From contig JBJXGQ010000406.1 of assembly GCA_046160525.1 (NCBI GenBank), positions 1-51,195 of the forward strand: DNA of 51,195 nt. Reading direction: 5' to 3'. The position numbers and the translations under genes were made by a program. The stretch comes from Burkholderiales bacterium. GTDB lineage: Bacteria > Pseudomonadota > Gammaproteobacteria > Burkholderiales > SHXO01. Below, in pieces: positions 1 to 7,964 of the stretch; the first letter of the stretch is position 1, and each line of letters begins with the position of its first letter. Under the pieces are notes generated by a model that worked only from the letters and a program-made list of their open reading frames with translations, had not been told where the DNA came from and searched no databases.

Positions 1-28
1 TTATGCCGGTCATTTTCGGCATGCCCGT

Positions 29-55
29 CTTGGCCGTATGTCCAATACGGCCAAG
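29..55. terminator. Perfect 11-bp inverted repeat hairpin, possible terminator
   Basis: CTTGGCCGTAT-gtcca-ATACGGCCAAG followed by TTGTT; upstream context is outside the window. Confidence 0.4.
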
Positions 56-114
56 TTGTTCGAGCCAAAACTGTCTCGCCCTCAATGCGCCATCATCCCG
101 CGCCCCCGTGAGAA

Positions 115-435
115 ATGCGGGCTAGTCGCACCGTCGATACATCCAGGGACACGGACATGGCCTCGGCGATTGCGTGGTGGACAGACCTCACGGAGTCCGG
201 TGGGGAGGGCATGGTGGTAAAGCCTCTCGAGTTCATTCAGTTTGGCAAGCGCGGACTGCTGCAGCCCGCCGTCAAGTGCCGCGGAAGAGAGTATCTGCGA
301 ATCGTATATGGGCCCGAGTACACCGCGCCTGCCAATTTGGAGCGCTTCGTGAAGAAGGAGCCATTGCGCAAGGTGCATGAGTGCGTCTTCGGTGTGCTGG
401 CGCTGGAGAGCGAACCCGTGGATCCGCGGCTTTGA
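115..435 (+). pseudogene. pnkp: C-terminal remnant of bacterial polynucleotide kinase-phosphatase (Pnkp, ligase/adenylyltransferase end) with internal deletion
   Basis: WW..LT..GGEGMVVKP, QPAVKCRGREYLRIVYGPEYT and VHECVFGVLALESEPVDPRL match the Pnkp C-terminus; in-frame TGA at 109-111 precedes it; the segment normally lying between two LER motifs appears absent. Confidence 0.85.
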
Positions 436-448
436 CTCTATTGCGCGC

Positions 449-2515
449 TCAGTTGCCCGCGCGCAACGAAGCCTGCCCGGCACGTAGCGCCAGCGCTCTA
501 ACATCCAATATTTCCAGGCGCGAATACCAACCTTGAAAGGGAGCGCGTTCGGCGTTAGCGAGATGCGACTTTAGCCGTTCCAGGGCGGCAGCCGCAGTTT
601 CCAGATGTGCGCCAGCCCCTGAATTGGGAGTGAACCGCGGTGGTGCCACCATAACGGCATGTGCCAAGGCCGCCGCCGCCCGGTCGAGTTCCACAAGCAA
701 AGCGAGCGGGGTCGTGATCACGTCGTCGAAGAACGGCCGGCGCTCGGGCGCGAGCGTGGAGCGCGCTCGCTGCGCCTGATCGAGTAACGTCGTGCGTAAT
801 GCGGCCGATTGTTCGGTGCCTCGCAGGAGCGCTTCGAACTGAGTCTGTGCACCGCTGTCCCCGGGCACGATGCGGTAACGCTCGGCATCGAAAGGACGGC
901 TGGACGTTCGTTCGCCCTCGATGAGTGCGAGCAGCCGCTCTATGGCCATGCCCAGTCGCAAATCATGGAAGATGAATTGGCGTTCGAAACCGGGTAGCTG
1001 CGAGCGCCGCTGCTGCCAATAGCTGCCAAGCATTGCGCCGTACAAATTCTCAACCTGGCCGCTCGCGCTGCCGAAGTAGCGCGCGAAGATGCGTGTAACC
1101 ACTGTGTCTGTCTGCGTGCGCGGCCCCTCCCACGCCAATGCGGCATGAGCGCTCAGGTTCATGAGAAACTCGCGGACGTTGCCCACGTTCACTTTGGTGA
1201 ACTGTAGCGGGGCCCCGATGCGCTCTTCCGCCATCGCGAAATTGCGCGCGGTCTTCCACGGCCCTTCGCCCTCGGCGTAATGCGATCCGGTGGAGGTGAA
1301 TTGCAGGTTCATGTAGTAACCTCCGCGGCGGTAGGCCGGAGCAGGGTGTTCGAGCAAATCGGTGCCGGGATAGTGATCGCGCCCCTCATTGGCGAAATTC
1401 CATATGAGATCCGCATCCTCCGGCGGGCGGAAGTCCCCCGAGGCGTAGAGGCGGGATAGTTCGCTATAGATTTCGGTGCGCACCAGCGGGCGCGCCGTGC
1501 CCGTTAGGCGGCGCAGCAAATCGAGTTGCCGTTGCAGCATCTGTGTGACCACTTGGCCTTGTAGTGCCGGCGAAGTAGGAGCGTCCGCGAATGCCTCGGC
1601 GAATCCCGCGTCCGTCTTGCCGCGAAAGCCTATTCCCCAGATCATCTCGATGTTTGCTTGCGTGAGGGCATTGACCCGCGCGCTCCAAAACTCTTCGAGG
1701 CCCGCCACATTGGAAAGTAGCAGGTCCTTCGGTGCATGGTTCACACCTTGGGGCCAGTCGCGAAAGGACCCGAGGTATGGACTGGTAACGGCCAGCCCGC
1801 GCGCGCTTGCCGCAAGCACCCTCGGATGCACGAGGCCGCTGCTGTCCAGCAGCGCTTCGCCTACATCCAGGGTGTTCATCTTGAGGCGCAGTAAAGTCTC
1901 GAACAGGATCTCGTCGGTGTCGCGGCCGGTGGTTGTGGCCCAGCCGCGCAGAAAATCCGTGTTGTTTGGAAAAGCGGCGCGCCAGCGCACGTGCGGTGCT
2001 GGAATGCTTCTGTACCAATCGGAAGCAATCTGTAGCGAAGAGCGCCTCACTGGTTGCCACCTTGCCCAGAACGCGAGCGGTGGAATGCCCAGGATTTCGT
2101 CGCAGAAGGTGTAGGCGGCGTAGATCGCTCCGCGCGTTCCGGCTCCTGTCAACACCACTCGCGGCTGGCCGCTCTCGATTTGCATCCAGGCCGCATGCGA
2201 TTCCGGATCTCGCAAGAGCGCAGTGGCCTCGGCGCCCTGCGCGTGCTGCTGGGTGGTGAGCACGATGGCGGGCCGGCCGGCAATCGCCGAGCGCTCCCGC
2301 ACGATGGGTGAGGGCGCGCCCAAGACCGAGGCCAGATCGCGCGCCAAATCCGCTGCGGCACGCGCGAGCGCAGGGTGTTCGCCCGCCGCCACGAACACAG
2401 GCACGCCTGCAGGCAAGACGAGTTCAGAAGCGGGTGCGGGGGCACTTACCGCCATTGCGGTGGCGGCGAGGGAGAGTTCGCACACGAGTACGAAAAAGCG
2501 AGTGCGGATTTTCAT
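449..2515 (-). CDS. Secreted GH115-like glycoside hydrolase
   Basis: Signal peptide; ADLARDL..VLG, LTGAGTRGAIYAAYTFCDEILGIPP..FW, PHVRWR..FPN, FETLLRLKMNTL, GGYYMNLQF and VNVGNVRE resemble GH115-family segments; RBS GGAGG upstream. Confidence 0.65.
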   Translation of the reverse strand: MKIRTRFFVLVCELSLAATAMAVSAPAPASELVLPAGVPVFVAAGEHPALARAAADLARDLASVLGAPSPIVRERSAIAGRPAIVLTTQQHAQGAEATALLRDPESHAAWMQIESGQPRVVLTGAGTRGAIYAAYTFCDEILGIPPLAFWARWQPVRRSSLQIASDWYRSIPAPHVRWRAAFPNNTDFLRGWATTTGRDTDEILFETLLRLKMNTLDVGEALLDSSGLVHPRVLAASARGLAVTSPYLGSFRDWPQGVNHAPKDLLLSNVAGLEEFWSARVNALTQANIEMIWGIGFRGKTDAGFAEAFADAPTSPALQGQVVTQMLQRQLDLLRRLTGTARPLVRTEIYSELSRLYASGDFRPPEDADLIWNFANEGRDHYPGTDLLEHPAPAYRRGGYYMNLQFTSTGSHYAEGEGPWKTARNFAMAEERIGAPLQFTKVNVGNVREFLMNLSAHAALAWEGPRTQTDTVVTRIFARYFGSASGQVENLYGAMLGSYWQQRRSQLPGFERQFIFHDLRLGMAIERLLALIEGERTSSRPFDAERYRIVPGDSGAQTQFEALLRGTEQSAALRTTLLDQAQRARSTLAPERRPFFDDVITTPLALLVELDRAAAALAHAVMVAPPRFTPNSGAGAHLETAAAALERLKSHLANAERAPFQGWYSRLEILDVRALALRAGQASLRAGN

Positions 2516-2535
2516 CCAGGTATCCTCCTAGACAT

Positions 2536-5500
2536 CTAAAAACTATCGGCTCCTCCGCCTTGGTCCGACGCGTTGTAAAAGCGCCCGGCGGAGCGCTCCC
2601 ATAGCAGCACTTGACCCCCAAAGAATTCGCTTTGCACGCCACAGCAAGCCAGCAGAAACGCTGTGTAGCCGGCACCCATGCGGGGCAAGCGCGGATCGTC
2701 CACCACCAGCCACACACGCTCGTTTCGCAACAAAACCTCGCGCAGTTGGTCGACCTTCCATAACAGCTTGCCGCCCGCCCAGCGGTCCACGATCTCGTCC
2801 CCGCGCTGGTAGAGCCCATCGAAAGCGGGCCCTACCATCATGTAGTAATCGGCGCCGCCAAAGACGACGCCCGCGCCGGGAGTCCGCACGGCCGCGATCT
2901 TGTCTTGCGGGCGCCGGTGCGAGGCAACGTAGTCCCACGCGCGGCGGTAATCGATTTCGCGATAGGCGGAATAGGAGCGGCCAATCTTGCCGAACTCGGC
3001 CGAGACCGAGTAAGCCGCGATCAAGATGGCGGCGGCGAGGCCGGCGTAACGCTTGGCGCCATACTGTCCAAATAACCGGGAAGCTCCGGATTGCGCGGAC
3101 GCGATGTCGCGCACCATGGCCCAAGCGGTAATGAGCGCGGCGCACAGGAATACCGGATACAAGCCATATCCATAGCGGCCATTGACTGGTACGACCAGTA
3201 CCGCGAGGATGGGTACGGATACGAGCACGACCGCGTATAGCGTGAGCATCGCCGGCTCTGGGCGTTTTGCCCAGTACACCAATCCAGCCAGGAATAGGAT
3301 TGTCCACAGAGCGTTCTCGCCGTTGTTCATCCAGAAAAAATCGGTGGCCAATTGCGTGAGCACGCTCATGTCTCCGCCCAGCACGTCGGTGAGATGCGGC
3401 ACGAACAGCGGCTCGCTGCGGCTTGACAGCGCCACGTGGGGTGTCAGCGATACCGCCGAAAAGATTCGCATGTCCAGCCAGATGAGCAGCATCATCGCCA
3501 TGAATCCCAGCCAGACATTGCGGTCCTGGCGCCAGCCAAAGGGCCGGTAGCACAACAGGAACACGAGGAAGAAGGCGGCGAAAGTCGTGGCGAAGATCTC
3601 TTGGCTCAATACTGCGCAGGTGGCGAACACGAAGAAGAGAGTTTGGGCCGCCTTGCCCTCGCGCCAGATAAATCCCTTGAGGAAATAGAGCACGCTCAAC
3701 ACGGCGAAGAACTGCATCAACTGGTAGAAGCGTATGAGATTGGTGATGCCCAGCAGCCACGGGTCCAGGGCCAGGGCGAGAGCGGTTAGAAGGGCCGGTA
3801 CATGGCTTCGTGCGATGGCGCGCACCAATGCATAAGACGCGATCACCGTACCCAGACTGGGTACCAGCGAAAAGGCGCGCACGCTGGCCAAGCCGTCGCC
3901 GAACAGACTCATCCATCCGGCTAGCAGATAGTGGAAGAGCGGCGAGCGCGTATATAAGATGCCCGAGGCGGCGCGCGGTAGCCCCTCTCGCAGAATGCCG
4001 CGCGCGGCCTCCCAGCTGGTGTAGTCGTCGCCACTCGGTGGTTGAAACTCGAGGCCCGCCAAGCGCAAGGCGAGCGCCACTGTGCAGATCGCGCCCAGCC
4101 ACATGAGCGGCGAAACGCGCTGCAACGCTGCCCGCAGTGTGCCTGGCCCCGGAAGAGCGCCGCGATGCACCCAGCGCAGCGTTGCCAGCAACAACAAGGG
4201 GCCGGTCGCAAGCCAGAGGGGGCCCGCGCCGGGTGCCAGAAAGATCAGCAAACTGTCGCTTTCGGCGAAACGCGCGCGCAACGTTTCCACCGCGAGTATG
4301 CCAAAGAGCGCGGGGCCCAAGAGCCAGCATCCGCGGATTAATACGGGCGGCTCGGCGCGATCACGGCGCGTCGCTGCGCCGAGCACCCATGCCGCGCCGG
4401 CCAAGGCGGCGGCGAGCGCCAGGCCTTCTACAAACCACTTGACGGTCTGTCCCCATCCGGGTTCCGGTGAGCGTTGGTAGATGATGGGTCCTGGCGCCGC
4501 GGTACGATCATGCGCCACGGCTTGTGTCCATGTGCCTTCGCCGCGCTGCCAGCGCGGGTGATAGGCGGCCAGCGAGCGCCAACCGGTGGCGGTGGATAAG
4601 GTCTGCGCGCCGATTTTGCCGTCCACCGCGATCCATCCGGTCTGTCCGCTTGCGGCCGCGGGGCGGTCCAGCCGAAGCGACAATTGCACGGGTGCGCCAT
4701 CCAAGAAGGGGGACAAGTCGAAAGCATCCACGGAGTCCCCGCCCTGGCCTTCGCCCGCCCACCTCTCGCCTACGAATAGATCGTAAGGGGTGTGAGACCA
4801 AACCCGCACCCAGCCGTGATGTGCTCCCGGAGAGAGGGGCGCCGCAAAGATCTGCTCTTGCGCCGGTAATGGGCTTGCGATAGGCGCGGCCGCGAAGGGC
4901 GCGCGCCACACGGCGGGATCGGCTGCTACATAAAGCGGCAGTTCTTCCGGAGGAGCGCTGGGTTGCGCCGGTTGCCAATCGAGATCGTTGACCCCCGGAT
5001 CGAACCAGGGCATACCGTTGTTCGTCCCGCCTTCGCTGCTGGTGCGCCAAACGCGCGGATCTCCAGAAATTTCCGCATCGAGGTCATGGCCCATCACGTT
5101 GCCGAACACCGCGGCGCGGTTACGGCCCTCCGACTGAACATACAGAGCGATGAGGTTTGGCCCGCGCTTCAAGCGCGGCGTGAGATCGTAGAAATGCAGC
5201 ATGCGCCATTCGCGTTTCGCGGACTTGGCGCTCTGCGCGCCGCCTCCGCGCGGCAACGCATCCTCGCGCACGAGCCGCTGTGCCTGCGCGCTCCATCTAT
5301 CCTGAAAGGCGGTGCCCGCCCGTAGCAGATAACTATTGCTTCCAACCGCCGAGCCGTTGACGTAGAGCTTGTAATCCTCCGCCGCGATGGCAATCCAGGC
5401 ATGACGCGGCTCAAATGCGATGTCCAGGCGGTGCCGATAGTATCCGCGCACGCCAGGTGAGGGCGTGCTCATCCATCCGCCGGGGAGCTCTATCCGCGTG

Positions 5501-5598
5501 ATCGGGGCGCGCTCCGGGGCAATCGCGTTAGTGATATGGGCGGCGAGCAATAAGCCGCCCAATAGGAAAAACGCGCAGAATCCCAGTGCGCGCCGCAT
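2536..5598 (-). CDS. GT-C fold (GT39/PMT/ArnT-like) integral membrane glycosyltransferase with N-terminal extracytoplasmic beta-sandwich domains
   Basis: ALRLAGLEFQPPSGDDYTS, YTRSPLFHYLL, IRFYQL, NGRYGYGLYP and many TM helices; N-terminal part has YKLYVNG..VG and YDLTPRLKRGPNLIAL (rhamnosidase-N/galactose-binding-like). Start placed at ATG 5598, just after the upstream stop at 5604. Confidence 0.75.
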   Translation of the reverse strand: MRRALGFCAFFLLGGLLLAAHITNAIAPERAPITRIELPGGWMSTPSPGVRGYYRHRLDIAFEPRHAWIAIAAEDYKLYVNGSAVGSNSYLLRAGTAFQDRWSAQAQRLVREDALPRGGGAQSAKSAKREWRMLHFYDLTPRLKRGPNLIALYVQSEGRNRAAVFGNVMGHDLDAEISGDPRVWRTSSEGGTNNGMPWFDPGVNDLDWQPAQPSAPPEELPLYVAADPAVWRAPFAAAPIASPLPAQEQIFAAPLSPGAHHGWVRVWSHTPYDLFVGERWAGEGQGGDSVDAFDLSPFLDGAPVQLSLRLDRPAAASGQTGWIAVDGKIGAQTLSTATGWRSLAAYHPRWQRGEGTWTQAVAHDRTAAPGPIIYQRSPEPGWGQTVKWFVEGLALAAALAGAAWVLGAATRRDRAEPPVLIRGCWLLGPALFGILAVETLRARFAESDSLLIFLAPGAGPLWLATGPLLLLATLRWVHRGALPGPGTLRAALQRVSPLMWLGAICTVALALRLAGLEFQPPSGDDYTSWEAARGILREGLPRAASGILYTRSPLFHYLLAGWMSLFGDGLASVRAFSLVPSLGTVIASYALVRAIARSHVPALLTALALALDPWLLGITNLIRFYQLMQFFAVLSVLYFLKGFIWREGKAAQTLFFVFATCAVLSQEIFATTFAAFFLVFLLCYRPFGWRQDRNVWLGFMAMMLLIWLDMRIFSAVSLTPHVALSSRSEPLFVPHLTDVLGGDMSVLTQLATDFFWMNNGENALWTILFLAGLVYWAKRPEPAMLTLYAVVLVSVPILAVLVVPVNGRYGYGLYPVFLCAALITAWAMVRDIASAQSGASRLFGQYGAKRYAGLAAAILIAAYSVSAEFGKIGRSYSAYREIDYRRAWDYVASHRRPQDKIAAVRTPGAGVVFGGADYYMMVGPAFDGLYQRGDEIVDRWAGGKLLWKVDQLREVLLRNERVWLVVDDPRLPRMGAGYTAFLLACCGVQSEFFGGQVLLWERSAGRFYNASDQGGGADSF

Positions 5599-5603
5599 GA
5601 CCG

Positions 5604-6983
5604 TCACCACGTTTCGGGCCGCAGCGAGCGGGCGTGCAACTCGTGCGCCCGCGCTACGTCGCCGCGGTGAAAGGCGGCCCAACTGTCCAATACCGCCACT
5701 TGCGCGCCAATGGCCAAGCGCTTATAGCCGAGGTAACGCTGCAACCGGGCCACCTGCCGCATGGCTTGCGCGGCCCCCGTGTAATCTCCCTGCTTCATGC
5801 GCACCAGAGAGAGCCCGTACCAAGCCATGGGATTGGCGGGCAAGTAGAGCAAGGATTCGCGCCAATTCTCCGCGGCTGCGCCGGTTTGTCCCTGGTCGAA
5901 AGCATGAATGGCGGCTTCCGAGAGCGCCACGGCCAAGTAGCGGTTAAGCGGCGCGGCTTGCGGGTACAGCGTGTGCGCCTGGCGCAGCAAGCCGGCCGCC
6001 GTGTGCGGCGCGCCTTGCTGCAAGGCGTCGTAAGAACGCGCAAGCAGGGATTCCAGCGCAGCGGGTTGGTCCTCAATCCCTGCCACATGGCCAAGCCGGC
6101 GGTAATGTGCCCAACTCTCCCTTAGGGCGCGCTTGCCAGATGGCGCCGCCCGTAGATGCTCGAGCGCCAGGGCATGGTCGCCGCGCCGCTGCGCACCTTC
6201 GGCCTGAAGCAGATGCCACTCCGCGGCGAGGCGCGGCCCCAGCGGAATTGCGATCAAGACCGCCACGGCCAAGGCGCACCCACTCATCGCGCTCCAAAAT
6301 GGGTGCCATCCACCCGGGTTCGCCAGGTGCAATCCGCTCAGCACCAGTACGATTCCCACGGCCGCGCAGGCAATGAGCCGCGAATGGAAGAAAGCCAAGA
6401 ATGCGGGCGAGAGCCCCAGCACTTCCTCGATCGCTCGGTGCGCATTGGCGAGAGAAAAGTACGAAGGCCGCCAAGGGGGGGCGGAGCCGGGCAGCGGAAG
6501 GTTGGTGACCGATTCTCGGGCAAAGGTCTGCCCGGCTCTCCAATCGGTCTGCTGGTTAGCCAAATTCTCATCGATGTCCTCGGCGACGCGGTTGATCTCA
6601 TGGTAAAGAAATGCTCTTTCCTGCATGCGCTCCGCTTGAAAATGGGCGAGCCAGCACGGGTAGGCGAGCGTTGCGGCCGGAAGGCACCACGCCAGCCGCA
6701 CCGCCCAGCGCGTTTCCTTAAGCCCGCGCCAACACGCCCGCAGAAACAGCAATCCTGCCACGACGGTACCAATCCGCAAGAGCAAGTCGAGCAAGTAGAT
6801 CTCCTCCACCAGTATTGGAGCGCCGCTGGAGGAGATGGAAGACAAAGCGGCCGAGGGATGCTTAGGCCAAGGCGAAAGCGCGCACGCGATGAGCAACAGC
6901 GCACCGAGACTAGTCATCCACACAGTACGATCGGCGGCCAATGCCCGCTGGTAGAATTCACGCGGATGAATATGCGCTCGCAT
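5604..6983 (-). CDS. Membrane protein with C-terminal TPR repeats
   Basis: Several hydrophobic helices then TPR-like helices (PANPMAWYGLSLVRMKQGDY..A); abuts neighbouring genes. Confidence 0.7.
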   Translation of the reverse strand: MRAHIHPREFYQRALAADRTVWMTSLGALLLIACALSPWPKHPSAALSSISSSGAPILVEEIYLLDLLLRIGTVVAGLLFLRACWRGLKETRWAVRLAWCLPAATLAYPCWLAHFQAERMQERAFLYHEINRVAEDIDENLANQQTDWRAGQTFARESVTNLPLPGSAPPWRPSYFSLANAHRAIEEVLGLSPAFLAFFHSRLIACAAVGIVLVLSGLHLANPGGWHPFWSAMSGCALAVAVLIAIPLGPRLAAEWHLLQAEGAQRRGDHALALEHLRAAPSGKRALRESWAHYRRLGHVAGIEDQPAALESLLARSYDALQQGAPHTAAGLLRQAHTLYPQAAPLNRYLAVALSEAAIHAFDQGQTGAAAENWRESLLYLPANPMAWYGLSLVRMKQGDYTGAAQAMRQVARLQRYLGYKRLAIGAQVAVLDSWAAFHRGDVARAHELHARSLRPETW

Positions 6984-7964
6984 TCAGGTGCCGCGCCAGG
7001 AAACGCCGGGCGTGGATTTCCGGCTGCGTACGAGTAGTACCCCGCCAGCGAGGCTCAACAAAATGCCCAGGCCGTGAACGGTGAGCGATACCGCCATCAC
7101 ATCGGGCGCGCCGACACCCACTTGCGCGAATAGCACCACAAAGGCCGCCTCGCGAATCCCAAGGCCCCCGAAGCTTAGCGGCAGCAACATGAGGAGCGTG
7201 ACAGGAGGCAAGAACAATAGGAAATAACGCAGATCGATGCTGATATCCAAGCCCAGCGCGACGAGCCCGTAGAACAACGCATACAAGCCCTGAATAGCCA
7301 CTGACAGCAGCACCGCGCGCACCAGGGTGCCAGGATGCTGGCGGTAACTGGCCAGCGTGTCATGGAATTCCCGCAAGCGATTCCCCGTTCCCCAGGGTAG
7401 AAAGCGGCCAAGCAGGCGCTGAATTCCATTTGCGAGGGGAGGCCACCACAAGGCTAGTGCAATGCCCATCAGCAACACAGCCGAGCCTCCCACGGCACCG
7501 AGGATGAGCGGCTGGCCGGTGCCGGGAGGGTAGGCGGCCAGCGCGCCGATGGAGATCAATCCTAGGCCCAGCAGGCCAGCGAAGCGCTCCAGGAATACCG
7601 AACCCAGTGCGTAATGTCCTTGGCCGCAGTGGCGGTACAGAAAATAGCTCCTGGCCGCATCACCGCCGACGGCACCCGGCAGGAAGTTATTCAGGAACAT
7701 TCCGCTCATGTAGTAGGAGAACAAACTCGCCAGGGGCACGCCGATGCCCTTGGCGTCCAAGAACATCCGCCAGCGCCATGACGAGAGTAATTGGCATCCC
7801 GCGTAGTACAGACAAGCGAGCAGCACAAAGGCTGGAGACAACTTTTGCAGTGGCGCGATAACCCGCGCCGGATCCACGTGCCAAAGCAGAGTACCGAGCA
7901 GCGCCAGGCTAATGCCCAGCCGCACGGCGACCCGCGAGCCGCGATGACCAAGCAACCGCTTCAT
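6984..7964 (-). CDS. Lysylphosphatidylglycerol synthase TM / UPF0104 flippase-like protein
   Basis: SWRW, FLNNFLPGAVGGDAAR, SVFLERF.GL and LPLSFGGLGIRE motifs. Confidence 0.85.
   Translation of the reverse strand: MKRLLGHRGSRVAVRLGISLALLGTLLWHVDPARVIAPLQKLSPAFVLLACLYYAGCQLLSSWRWRMFLDAKGIGVPLASLFSYYMSGMFLNNFLPGAVGGDAARSYFLYRHCGQGHYALGSVFLERFAGLLGLGLISIGALAAYPPGTGQPLILGAVGGSAVLLMGIALALWWPPLANGIQRLLGRFLPWGTGNRLREFHDTLASYRQHPGTLVRAVLLSVAIQGLYALFYGLVALGLDISIDLRYFLLFLPPVTLLMLLPLSFGGLGIREAAFVVLFAQVGVGAPDVMAVSLTVHGLGILLSLAGGVLLVRSRKSTPGVSWRGT

Noticed and set aside
2543-4330. 595-aa alternative-frame ORF inside the GT-C gene
   Set aside because: Arg/Gly/Ala-rich with no motifs; typical high-GC shadow frame
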